A stretch of 23,776 nucleotides of DNA, taken from contig JANNBC010000008.1 in NCBI GenBank assembly GCA_031385045.1, positions 1 through 23,776 on the forward strand. The letters run 5' to 3'. The position numbers and the translations under genes were made by a program. The notes below the pieces were generated by a model, which saw only the letters and a program-made list of their open reading frames with translations, made no database searches and was not told the DNA's origin. Each line of letters opens with the position of its first letter. The first letter of the stretch is position 1. This document shows, piece by piece, positions 10,433 to 19,682 of the stretch. The stretch is from a bacterium (GTDB lineage Bacteria; Bdellovibrionota_C; UBA2361; CALJRW01).

Positions 10433-10479
10433 ATAGAAACTAGGGGAGTGGGCTTCCTTAGTTTCTATCATTTCTTTTC
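10433..10479 (+). terminator. Strong hairpin with T-rich tail between gmd and rmd-like
   Basis: atagaaactaggggag-tggg-cttccttagtttctat (16-bp stem including 2 G-U pairs), followed by catttcttttc. Confidence 0.6.
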
Positions 10480-10494
10480 AGAACCCCAAGAGTT

Positions 10495-11388
10495 ATGAAA
10501 ATAATGCTTACCGGAGGTTCCGGATTTGTTGGCTCATATTTAACCGAGCAGCTAAAATCTGAGGGTCACGAAGTTTTCTCAATTGATTCTGATTCTTGCG
10601 ATATTCGCAACTTCGCTTTGACCTCAAAAATAATTAATGATTTTGTCCCTAATGTAATTTATCATTTGGCAGCCTTAGCCCACGTTCCGACCTGCGAAGA
10701 GCACTTTGAAGATGCTCTGGGAGTCAATGTAACTGGTACTTATAATATTCTAAAGTCTGCTAAATCTCTTATTATTCCACCTCGAATTATTTTTATTAGT
10801 ACCGCTAATGTTTATGGAGTGGTTGATTCAAATGACCTACCATTAACTGAAAATTCTGCTGTTCGTCCCGATAATAATTACGCAATTACAAAGGTTATGG
10901 CGGAAGAACTAGTTCTTAAATATCAACGGGAAACTAAAGTTGATGTTGTAATCTTTAGATCTTTTAATCATATTGGTCCGAGGCAAAATGCTTCCTTTAT
11001 GTTGCCAAATTTTGTTAGGCAATTAATAGCAATCAAGAAGCAACAACAGGAACCAATCCTAAAGGTGGGAAATTTATCAGCCGAGCGTGATTTCACCGAT
11101 GTACGTGATATTGTAAGGGCATATGTCTTAGCTTTAACTAAGGGCAGTGGAATCTATAATCTATGTTCTCATAATCTGATTAGTATTAAGGATCTATTAG
11201 ATAAGGTTATTGGAATTATAAATATCAAAGTTAAAATCGAAGTATCTCCTGAATTGTATCGTAAAAATGACCTACCAGTGCTTCTTGGGAATAATTTAAA
11301 AGTGACTCATCATTTAGGTTGGAAGCCAGAAATATCGCTGGATAAGACACTCCTTGATATAATTGCAGAATATCAATTAAAGCCTTAA
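10495..11388 (+). CDS. Extended SDR, probable GDP-4-dehydro-6-deoxy-D-mannose reductase (Rmd-like)
   Basis: TGGSGFVG, YHLAALAHV, STANVYG, YAITK, RSFNHIGPRQ, VGNLSAERDFTDVRDIVRAY; follows gmd; lacks the SSCIYP motif of Fcl. Confidence 0.8.
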   Translation: MKIMLTGGSGFVGSYLTEQLKSEGHEVFSIDSDSCDIRNFALTSKIINDFVPNVIYHLAALAHVPTCEEHFEDALGVNVTGTYNILKSAKSLIIPPRIIFISTANVYGVVDSNDLPLTENSAVRPDNNYAITKVMAEELVLKYQRETKVDVVIFRSFNHIGPRQNASFMLPNFVRQLIAIKKQQQEPILKVGNLSAERDFTDVRDIVRAYVLALTKGSGIYNLCSHNLISIKDLLDKVIGIINIKVKIEVSPELYRKNDLPVLLGNNLKVTHHLGWKPEISLDKTLLDIIAEYQLKP

Positions 11389-11429
11389 AAGTCCTTGTTC
11401 ATTAAGAAGAACTTTTATAGATTAATCAG

Positions 11430-12440
11430 ATGAAATTAAAATTACTAACTGCTATCTTTTTTCTCCTACTTGCCTGTGATTCTTCTCAGGTAAAAGATCT
11501 TGTCGAAGTCATTGATGGTGTTGATCGTAAGCCAATTGATGTTTCTAAGATGGGCATCAATGCTTTTGGTAATAAGTTAGAATTTGGAACGGCCTGCCAG
11601 CAGTATGCAGAAATTAACAATGTACTAAGCCTCAAATATTATCGAATTTTAATTAACTGGAATGATGGGATTCAATCTAGTCGCGCAGATACTCCAGATT
11701 TTTCTTTCTATGATCAGCTAATTAATTGTCTACCAGTTGGGACCGAAGCTTTGCTAGTTATTAATGGATTACCATCTTGGATGAATTCCAGTGCTAATTG
11801 GACAAGCGAGGGGAATGTTCGCAGTACCTTCATTGATTTGTGGTTTAAGAAGGTAGTTAACCGTTATAAAGGCAATCCAAGAGTAACCGCTTTTCAGGTT
11901 TGGAATGAGCCTAACATGTTAGCTAACTCAGAAAATACGGTGCTAGAGATCGCTACTATTCCTGAGAATTATTTAGAAATGCTAGCTCGAGCCTATAGTA
12001 TTGTTGACGATCTTGCTCCATCAAAATTAGTAGTTAATGCTGCGACCACTGCCATTAACCAAGATTACCGAGCCACATTAAATTACAATAAACGTTTAAT
12101 TGAACTAGGTGCCGAAGATTTTTTAGATGTTTTTGCTATTCATTACTACGGGACGCAGTATGAGCGAGTGATCGATAATAATGGAATTGCTGATTTCTTA
12201 AATAGTTTAACTAAGCGGATTTGGGTAACAGAATCAGGGGAGCAGGGGTTTGATCGACAGCTAGCTTACGTTGAGCGTACTTGGCCTTTTTTACAGGATA
12301 AGATTGCTCGGATTGATCGGTTTTATTACTATCAGTTTGCTACCAATGCTTCCGCGGAATCGGCTTATGGTTTGAAAAATTTCAGCCAGAACAATCCTGT
12401 TTCTGATCTATATGTTTACCTTCGAGACCGAGCTAGATAA
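11430..12440 (+). CDS. Lipoprotein, clan GH-A glycoside hydrolase (GH5/GH39-like)
   Basis: Lipobox LLA-C (Cys16); acid/base motif QVWNEPN; AIHYY; nucleophile motif IWVTESG. Confidence 0.8.
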   Translation: MKLKLLTAIFFLLLACDSSQVKDLVEVIDGVDRKPIDVSKMGINAFGNKLEFGTACQQYAEINNVLSLKYYRILINWNDGIQSSRADTPDFSFYDQLINCLPVGTEALLVINGLPSWMNSSANWTSEGNVRSTFIDLWFKKVVNRYKGNPRVTAFQVWNEPNMLANSENTVLEIATIPENYLEMLARAYSIVDDLAPSKLVVNAATTAINQDYRATLNYNKRLIELGAEDFLDVFAIHYYGTQYERVIDNNGIADFLNSLTKRIWVTESGEQGFDRQLAYVERTWPFLQDKIARIDRFYYYQFATNASAESAYGLKNFSQNNPVSDLYVYLRDRAR

Positions 12441-12738
12441 TTTGTCATTTATAAAACGCAAAGAAAATTTTACTTGTGAAGCTTGTGGACATCAGGTCTC
12501 CGGTTCTGGATACACGAATCATTGTCCCAATTGTTTAATCTCTAAGCATGTCGACTTAGAGTTTCCAGGGGATCGGGAGTCTAGTTGCCAAGGGCTAATG
12601 GATGCTGTTGGGGTTAAATTAGTCGGTGGACAACCTGTTAAGCTATTATTTCGTTGCCGAAAATGTCAAAAATCAATTTTTAATCTAATTTCTGATGCTG
12701 ATAATAAAGAGCTAATTGTTAACTTGCAAGTTTTATAG
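12412..12738 (+). CDS. RNHCP-domain zinc-binding protein
   Basis: ENFTCEACG, YTNHCPNCLISKHVD, PGDRESSCQGLM, RCRKC. An in-frame TTG at 12442, just after the upstream stop, is an alternative start. Confidence 0.85.
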   Translation: MFTFETELDNLSFIKRKENFTCEACGHQVSGSGYTNHCPNCLISKHVDLEFPGDRESSCQGLMDAVGVKLVGGQPVKLLFRCRKCQKSIFNLISDADNKELIVNLQVL

Positions 12739-13052
12739 TAATTTATGAAGGTTAGGCTTGAAATTGAAAGACGTTTAGCCATTCTTAGCTCACTATTATT
12801 TATCAATAGCTGAATAGTTTCTTAGGTCGATCGTCTGTTTTTGAGTCATTACATATCTTGATCTTATCAGTTTCCGCTGGAGTTCTTATATGAATGGCCA
12901 AGATTGTGAGTCCAGAAAGTAATTTCACTAAAGTGGTAGTATTCTTGATTTGGATTCACTAAAGGGGCAAGTCGCAAGTTCGAAAGATACTAGCGCAATA
13001 AATCCAATTTATATTATCGCCGTTTGTTCGGCACTTTTTATTTACTGAACTT

Positions 13053-14495
13053 ATGAAAATTAAATTTATTTTCCTGTTAATGCTTTGTTTTGTTCTGCCA
13101 GTTTTTGCTGAAGACTCGGAAGTTCCAGAGGATCTCAAGTTGATTGATAACTTATCCTCAGCTTTTGAACGAGTAAGTAATATTATTAAGCCAAGTGTTG
13201 TTTCAATTAGTTCCATCAAAAAGGCGAAGAAGGTAGCCAATAACAGTAAAAAGATGCCTCAAGCTCCGGGGGGTGGTCGCACGCCTTTCGATAATTTTTT
13301 CAATGAAGAGTTCATGGAAAGATTTTTTGAGCAATTGCCTGACAATGGTGCTCCAAGTCGCGGGATGGGTAGTGGGGTGATCGTTTCAGAAGATGGCTAT
13401 ATTATCACTAATAATCATGTGATTGAAGGTGCCGATGAGATTGAAGTTGTTTTGTATAATGAAAAAAAATATGACGCTGAATTAATTGGAGCTGATCCAA
13501 AAAGTGATATCGCGGTGATTAAGATTAATCAAAAAGATTTGAAATTTGCTAAGCTTGGTAATTCTGATGAATTAAAGGTTGGGCAGTGGGTAGTTGCTGC
13601 TGGTGCTCCTTTTAATTTAACACAAACAATTACTGCTGGTATTATTAGTGCTACAGGTCGTTCTAATGTCGGAATTGCTGATTATGAAGACTTTATTCAG
13701 ACTGATGCGGCCATTAATCCTGGAAACAGTGGTGGGCCATTAGTTAGCTTAAGCGGTGAAGTTATTGGTATTAACACGGCCATTTTTTCTAAAAGTGGTG
13801 GCTACATGGGAGTTGGCTTTGCCATTCCTGTTAGCATGGTTAGTTCCGTTAAGGATAGTTTAATTAAAGATGGAAAAGTTGTTCGTGGTTTCCTTGGCGT
13901 TATGATTCAAAAACTAGATGAGGATATGGCCGCTTCTTTTGCTTTTGATAACACGGATGGAGCATTAGTCTCTGAAGTTAATGCTGATGGACCTGCAGAT
14001 AAGGCTGGTGTTTTAGCTGGTGATATTATTGTTGAATTTGATGGTCATAAGATTAAAGATCCGAGTCAACTTCGAAATTTAGTTGGACAGACTAATCCTG
14101 AAAAATCTGCTGCTTTAATTGTTTTTCGGGAAGGTAAGCTAAAAGAACTTTCTATGAAAGTAGGCTTACTTGGCAATGAAAGCCCAGTAAATACGGTTAT
14201 GGAAAAAGTTCATGAAAACAATTTAGGTGTTCAGGTAAGTGATATTGACGCAGAGATTAAAGCTGCACTAGGTTTAGAAGATGATCGTGGAGTTGTGATC
14301 ACTCAGGTTCAACCAGGAAGTTTAGCTCAGTTTAATGGATTAAATAAAGGGGATGTACTCTTAAAAATCAATAACGATGAAATTAAATCTGCTAGTAATT
14401 TCTATAGTTCAATTGAAAAGATTGATCTTCAAAAAGGAATACGTTTAACTATTAAACGCAAAGGTGGAAATATATTTATCTTTATTAAAGAGTAA
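13053..14495 (+). CDS. DegP/DegQ (HtrA) periplasmic serine protease with two PDZ domains
   Basis: Signal peptide; GSGVI, TNNHVI, DIAVIKI, IQTDAAINPGNSGGPL; two PDZ domains. Confidence 0.96.
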   Translation: MKIKFIFLLMLCFVLPVFAEDSEVPEDLKLIDNLSSAFERVSNIIKPSVVSISSIKKAKKVANNSKKMPQAPGGGRTPFDNFFNEEFMERFFEQLPDNGAPSRGMGSGVIVSEDGYIITNNHVIEGADEIEVVLYNEKKYDAELIGADPKSDIAVIKINQKDLKFAKLGNSDELKVGQWVVAAGAPFNLTQTITAGIISATGRSNVGIADYEDFIQTDAAINPGNSGGPLVSLSGEVIGINTAIFSKSGGYMGVGFAIPVSMVSSVKDSLIKDGKVVRGFLGVMIQKLDEDMAASFAFDNTDGALVSEVNADGPADKAGVLAGDIIVEFDGHKIKDPSQLRNLVGQTNPEKSAALIVFREGKLKELSMKVGLLGNESPVNTVMEKVHENNLGVQVSDIDAEIKAALGLEDDRGVVITQVQPGSLAQFNGLNKGDVLLKINNDEIKSASNFYSSIEKIDLQKGIRLTIKRKGGNIFIFIKE

Positions 14496-14506
14496 TTTTT
14501 AAAGAA

Positions 14507-16159
14507 TTATTTTTGTAATCCATTGCCTTGGACGGTATTTTTGTACATGCTCCAAGGCGTGGAATATGCCGGGAAAATTCCTGGCGCACTATTGATTGAT
14601 TTCTCAAGATTAGTCCAAGCATAAAGAGCCCCATAACTTTGATTGGAATATTTGCGACGGCTAGCAATTACTAATTCTAGCTTCCCGTCAGAATTTAAAT
14701 CTATTGCTTCAGGAGTCCCGCGAATCAATCCTCCTGTTGTAAGACGATTATCTTCGGAACAGTTTGCCTGCTTACATGTTAATTGTTCACCAGTCTTCCC
14801 TGCTAGGATAACTAAATCATTAATATTGCCAACTACTACTTCTAGTGATCCATTACCATCAAGGTCGGCAATACTTGTTGACGAAAAGTGTCCACCCCAG
14901 ATATCGTTAAATGTTTGAACCTGCGGAGCCGTTTCCCAGAGTAAGCTGGAACTTCTTGGATTCCAAGCAAACACTTTACTTTCGCCATCTCCTCCGATTG
15001 ATCTGCTTCCACTAACATAGGCGACAACATCATTAAGGCCATCTTCATCGATATCAGCAATTGCCGGCGAAGAAGTTATACATGCTGTTGTCTCTAACGT
15101 TCTTAGTATTTCTCCAGTAGCTAAGCTTAGGATTTTTACCCAACGTCCTTCTTTAATGTCGGTATTCTCAGGAAAATAACAACCAGAACCAACTGCAACT
15201 TCTAATCCCGGATTCTCTGGGATTAGTTCTCCGATACTTGGAGTGGAGTGAATCGTTTGAGGAAAGTGTGTTCTCCAAGCATATGCTTTAGTATCTTGGA
15301 AATGAAAAAGTTTTATACTTTGACCAACAAGTCTTTTCGATCCAAGCTTAGGTCTCGATTTTTCTTTTTTTATTTTGACTTTAAATGCATAGACATATCC
15401 ACCATTTTCAGTGGCAGGCTTTAGAAATTTATTTTCAGTAATGTCAGTGCCAATGATTAATTCATCGCGACCATCACCATCAACATCAGCAAAAGTTCCT
15501 GAGGACCAAACAGTATCAGCGGCATTGTAGTACCAGACTGCTTCTCCAAAAGCATTTAAGACATAGATATTGCGATCATAACTTCCAAAGGCAATTTCCA
15601 TTTTTCCATCACGATTAATATCTTTTAATACTGGTGAAGAAAAAACACTATGAGCAATAGGAACTGAAAATTGTTGTTTTTTAGCAAATCGCTTTAAATC
15701 AAAATGCCAAAGTTGCTCTCCTGTTTTTCCGTTAAGTGCTAAGATACCACCGCCACAAGATTTCCCACCAAGTCCACCGTAGCCAATTACAACATGAATA
15801 TTGCCATCGCCATAAAGATCTCCAACAGCGGCTGATGAAAATAGTTTATTTTCAGAACTGAGTTCTGTGCAATTATGATTAGGTAGTTCAAATGACCAGA
15901 GTAATGTGCCTTGTGCACTGACTACATTAACAACTGCATCCGCCGTGGCTACCACGGTCTCTAATCCATTTGAAGAGTCGCCATCAAGGTTGGCACTTCT
16001 TGGAGAACTATAATTTACAGTATTACCGGCTAAGATTACGCCAGTTTTTTCAGAAGAACTACCTGAACTTAGATGTGACCAACCTGCTAAAGTCTCGGCA
16101 GAGGCTGAGCCCAGTATTAGAGTAGAAAAAAGAATTAAACCGGTTAGCATCCTTGCCAT
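14507..16159 (-). CDS. Secreted FG-GAP/VCBS-repeat beta-propeller protein
   Basis: Signal peptide ending ASA; repeated Ca-binding loops NLDGD, DLYGDG, DINRDG, DVDGDG, DIDEDG, DLDGNG, DLNSDG, most preceded by SS/SSP/STP-type motifs. Confidence 0.85.
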   Translation of the reverse strand: MARMLTGLILFSTLILGSASAETLAGWSHLSSGSSSEKTGVILAGNTVNYSSPRSANLDGDSSNGLETVVATADAVVNVVSAQGTLLWSFELPNHNCTELSSENKLFSSAAVGDLYGDGNIHVVIGYGGLGGKSCGGGILALNGKTGEQLWHFDLKRFAKKQQFSVPIAHSVFSSPVLKDINRDGKMEIAFGSYDRNIYVLNAFGEAVWYYNAADTVWSSGTFADVDGDGRDELIIGTDITENKFLKPATENGGYVYAFKVKIKKEKSRPKLGSKRLVGQSIKLFHFQDTKAYAWRTHFPQTIHSTPSIGELIPENPGLEVAVGSGCYFPENTDIKEGRWVKILSLATGEILRTLETTACITSSPAIADIDEDGLNDVVAYVSGSRSIGGDGESKVFAWNPRSSSLLWETAPQVQTFNDIWGGHFSSTSIADLDGNGSLEVVVGNINDLVILAGKTGEQLTCKQANCSEDNRLTTGGLIRGTPEAIDLNSDGKLELVIASRRKYSNQSYGALYAWTNLEKSINSAPGIFPAYSTPWSMYKNTVQGNGLQK

Positions 16160-16346
16160 AATGATTAATTAATCGGCAACTAATGGAGAATACTTAAGGC
16201 TTTATCTGTATATCTAATATTTAAGAAGGATCACGTGAAATCTAACGTCTGATATCATTAATATGTGGTTTTGTTACTAGAACATTCCTATATTTATTAG
16301 AGGCTGTAATTGTGCTATTCTAATCTTGTCGATATCATGAAAATTA

Positions 16347-17759
16347 TTGAATAAAAAAAGAGACTTAGGTCTATTAATAGCATTGTTGTTAAGTATTTTT
16401 TGCCAAACACAGATTTGGGCACAGGATCTGTCTAATATTGGTGGAGACTTAACATCAGATTTAATCGGTAAGAATGCCATTCAAGTTGGGGCTCCTAATA
16501 TAGCTACTTCGGAGCGTCGAGCACTGCAGGGGAGTGGGTTTGGTGTTTTTCATGGAAAGTTTACCAAGAGTACTGGACTTGGACCTAACTTTATTAATTC
16601 ATCTTGTGGCGGATGTCATTTGAATAATGGTCGGGGTCCAATAGGTTCTTTTACTGCTGGTCGTAGAACAACAATGGTGATTAAAGTCAGCCGTCCAAGA
16701 CTTAACGCCGATGGCTCTCCACGAAAAATTCCTGGGGTGGGGGATCAATTACTTAATCAGTCTATTGGACTTAGGGAAAATATAATTAATATTAGATTGC
16801 GATGGACGCTGGTTAATGGGACTTACCCAGATGGAACTACTTATCAATTACGCAAGCCAAGACTAAAATTTTTCATTGATGGCAAAGTTCCAAGGCGTAT
16901 TGTTCATTCTTTAAGAATGTCTCCACCTGTGATCGGAGTAGGACTCTTAGAGGCAATTCCAGATAGTACAATTCTAGGTTTAAGCGATCCTTTTGATTTA
17001 GATCAGAATGGCATTTCTGGAAAAATAAATTACGTACCTGATGTCCGCAAAGGAGAAAAGGCAATCGGTCGTTTTGGATTTAAAGCCACACACACAACTG
17101 TTGAGCAACAATCTGCGGCTGCATTTTTCGGTGATATGAGAATTAATAATTCTCTTTTTTCTAGAAAAGGAATAGCCGAAATCTCTGATGATGTCTTATT
17201 TCGTTTAGCAATTTATCAGAGAATAGGGGGTGTTCCTCGTGCTAGAAATCAGAATCAAGCATATTGTGAAAACTTAGAGCAGGATTGTTTAGCGCAAGAT
17301 CAACTACCAGCAACTTGCACAAGTATTTACAATGATTGCCTAGTAAAAAATCAAAGAGTTGCTTTTGGAAAAGAGCATTTTAAAACTGCTGGATGTGATA
17401 ATTGTCATACTATGTCAGTGACTACTGGAGATCATGAAGATCCGGAGCTAGTTAATCAAGAGGCGCATCCATTTACTGATTTATTACTGCATGACATGGG
17501 ACCGGAGTTAGCTGATGCTCGCTCTGAGTTTGATGCTGTTGGTTCCGAGTGGCGCACATCTCCACTGTGGGGATTAGGGTATTATCAGGAAATTTCTCCA
17601 ACACTTCGTTACCCAGTTTTTTTACACGATGGCCGAGCCAGAAGTATTGAAGAAGCAGTTCTCTGGCATGGCGGAGAAGCCGCTCCAGCAAAACATTTAT
17701 TTAAGAATTTTACTAAGGCTGAGCGGGAAGATTTGCTATTGTTTCTAAATTCCCTTTAG
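16347..17759 (+). CDS. Di-heme oxidoreductase, DHOR/DUF1111 family
   Basis: GLGP.F...SCGGCH..NGRG; PPVIGVGLLEAIP; DP.D.D.NGISG; GRFGFKA; GCDNCH; PFTDLLLHDMG; WRTSPLWGLG; LHDGRARSIEEAVLWHGGEA; signal peptide. The TTG start is uncertain. Confidence 0.92.
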   Translation: MNKKRDLGLLIALLLSIFCQTQIWAQDLSNIGGDLTSDLIGKNAIQVGAPNIATSERRALQGSGFGVFHGKFTKSTGLGPNFINSSCGGCHLNNGRGPIGSFTAGRRTTMVIKVSRPRLNADGSPRKIPGVGDQLLNQSIGLRENIINIRLRWTLVNGTYPDGTTYQLRKPRLKFFIDGKVPRRIVHSLRMSPPVIGVGLLEAIPDSTILGLSDPFDLDQNGISGKINYVPDVRKGEKAIGRFGFKATHTTVEQQSAAAFFGDMRINNSLFSRKGIAEISDDVLFRLAIYQRIGGVPRARNQNQAYCENLEQDCLAQDQLPATCTSIYNDCLVKNQRVAFGKEHFKTAGCDNCHTMSVTTGDHEDPELVNQEAHPFTDLLLHDMGPELADARSEFDAVGSEWRTSPLWGLGYYQEISPTLRYPVFLHDGRARSIEEAVLWHGGEAAPAKHLFKNFTKAEREDLLLFLNSL

Positions 17760-17763
17760 TTGA

Positions 17764-18558
17764 TTAAATCAGTTTTAGTATTTCCGGTAATGAATCAAAA
17801 ACATAGTCTGGTTGTATTTTTGAAATTTCCAATTCCAATCTCTTTGTAACACCTGTTAAGACAAGTAGGGTATTCATTCCAGTTTCTTGTGCTCCGATAA
17901 TGTCAGTGTCTAGCCGATCGCCAATCATCAAGATCTTATCTGGTGTTACCTGTAAAAGATCTTCAGCCAATGCAAAGAACTCTTTGCTTGGTTTTCCAAG
18001 AACTACTTCTGGCTCAACGCCTGAGGCCTCGGAAAGTGCTTTCAGAGTACTGCCAGCTCCTGGAAGTAGACCACGTTCTGTGGGATAGGTACGGTCAGCA
18101 TTAGATGCTACTAACCTAGCACCATTTTGAATCGCTAGGCTGGCATTGGTTATTTGTTCGTAGCTAATATCCATGTTGAGCCCAGCTAATACTAGATTAG
18201 CATCTTGCTTCTCGGTTATTTGATATCCTAGATTTAAGACTTGCTCTCGTAAACCGCTCATCCCATAGATTAAGATTTTTTGATCCATAGAAATATTTTT
18301 TTTGAGCCATAAACCAACCGCTACTGCACTACTTAGTACTTGTGATGGTTGAATATTCTCAAGGCCTAGCATATTAAGTTTTTCTGTAATTTGCTCCACA
18401 GTTTTAGAGGAGTTATTTGTAAGAAAGATAAAAGGGATTCTCTCCCTTTGCAAATGTCGAACAAGTTCTTTGGCTCCAGGTAGTAGAGTGTTGCCACTAT
18501 AGATCACTCCATCTAAATCAAAGATAATTCCTTGGTAACTAGGTAGGTTGAAATTCAT
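17764..18558 (-). CDS. HAD-IIA phosphatase (NagD-like)
   Basis: FDLDGVIY, LTNN, ASNADRTYP, LGKP, IGDRLDTDI, VLTGVT. Confidence 0.93.
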   Translation of the reverse strand: MNFNLPSYQGIIFDLDGVIYSGNTLLPGAKELVRHLQRERIPFIFLTNNSSKTVEQITEKLNMLGLENIQPSQVLSSAVAVGLWLKKNISMDQKILIYGMSGLREQVLNLGYQITEKQDANLVLAGLNMDISYEQITNASLAIQNGARLVASNADRTYPTERGLLPGAGSTLKALSEASGVEPEVVLGKPSKEFFALAEDLLQVTPDKILMIGDRLDTDIIGAQETGMNTLLVLTGVTKRLELEISKIQPDYVFDSLPEILKLI

Positions 18559-18638
18559 ATCTTGCTGAAAAGTTAAAAGTGCATAGAATATTAATTAGCA
18601 AGGATTTTTGTAAACCTTTTGCTAGATTATCTAAGTGT

Positions 18639-19673
18639 ATGTCAGAAACTACTAAAACTAACCAAGTCTGGATTCGGATCGAAGCTTTTCTATCATTAAA
18701 AAGTCCCAACACTCAGAAAACATATTCAGGGATTATTAATGAGTGGTGTGACTTTGTAAAGGCAGAGAAAAACACGGTAAGTGGGGCGCAGGCACTCTTA
18801 GAAGTCACAGATTTAGAAGCAATTAGTTATATTAATTGGCAAGGAAAGCAGGCTGGGCATGAACCAAGATTAATTAAGAAAAATTCCACTCAAGAAACTG
18901 TTAGAAAAACAAAGAAAAGTGGACTGGAAAGCAATCTAGCCAATTCTACAATTGCTAAAAAAGTAGCAGCACTTAGGCGGATGTACCGCATGTTAGTTAG
19001 TGCTGATTTAGGTATTAAAACAAATCCTTTTGATCCTGATAAAGTCCAAGCACCAAAAGCACGATCTGGTCAGAAGAGACCAACGGAGATGATTGATTTT
19101 AATTTGGTGAAAGAGATCGTCTCTGCACCCGATCCAGAAACGCCAAAGGGGATTCGTGACCGAGCAATTCTAGCAATTATGTTCTCGGCAGGCCTACGCA
19201 AGAATGAAGTCTTAAGTCTTAGGCTGGGAGATGTTCGAAAGTCTCAAGGCGGGATAGTTTATTTGCGACTTAGGGCTACAAAAAGTAATAAAGATGCCGA
19301 TCAGCCATTGCCGACTTGGGCTGTTGAGCATTTGGAGCCCTTGATTAAGTCTCGTGAAGAGCAAGGTGCTGCCTCAGGTGACTTCTTATTTACTGGTTTT
19401 CGGGGGCGTGGAGGAACGATTTCTACTGAGGAAGCATTATCAGAGAGTGGTATGCATAAGCTCTTTAAAAGCTATTGTCGGATGGTTGGTGCTAGCCATT
19501 ATGCTACGCCGCACTCAGCACGAGCAACAGCTATTACCAAACTTTTAACCGATGGTTTCGACCATAAGTTTGTACAGAAGTTTTCCCGACATTCTTCAAC
19601 TCAGATGGTTGATGTCTATGATAAAAGAAGGTTAGATATTGAGGACAATCCAGGTCTCAAGTTGGATTATTAA
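18639..19673 (+). CDS. Tyrosine recombinase (XerC/XerD-like)
   Basis: SPNTQKTY N-terminal domain; RDRAIL..AGLRKNE (R), ATK (K), TPHSAR (HxxR), SRHSS (H), VDVYD (Y). Likely start ATG 18639. Confidence 0.92.
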   Translation: MSETTKTNQVWIRIEAFLSLKSPNTQKTYSGIINEWCDFVKAEKNTVSGAQALLEVTDLEAISYINWQGKQAGHEPRLIKKNSTQETVRKTKKSGLESNLANSTIAKKVAALRRMYRMLVSADLGIKTNPFDPDKVQAPKARSGQKRPTEMIDFNLVKEIVSAPDPETPKGIRDRAILAIMFSAGLRKNEVLSLRLGDVRKSQGGIVYLRLRATKSNKDADQPLPTWAVEHLEPLIKSREEQGAASGDFLFTGFRGRGGTISTEEALSESGMHKLFKSYCRMVGASHYATPHSARATAITKLLTDGFDHKFVQKFSRHSSTQMVDVYDKRRLDIEDNPGLKLDY

Positions 19674-19682
19674 AAAAGCCAG

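Noticed and set aside
10495..11388. GDP-L-fucose synthase (fcl) after gmd
   Set aside because: Lacks the Fcl SSCIYP motif; the FNHIGP and RDFTDVRD motifs fit the Rmd-like group.
12757..12814. CIRCE operator or sigma32 promoter, and a 22-aa ORF from 12745
   Set aside because: The ttagct...agctga arms and spacing do not fit TTAGCACTC-N9-GAGTGCTAA; CTTGAAA is present but the -10 match is weak; the short ORF has no supporting features.
16330..16352. Fur box upstream of the DHOR gene
   Set aside because: Only one half-site (TGAAAAT) matches, which is expected by chance in AT-rich DNA.
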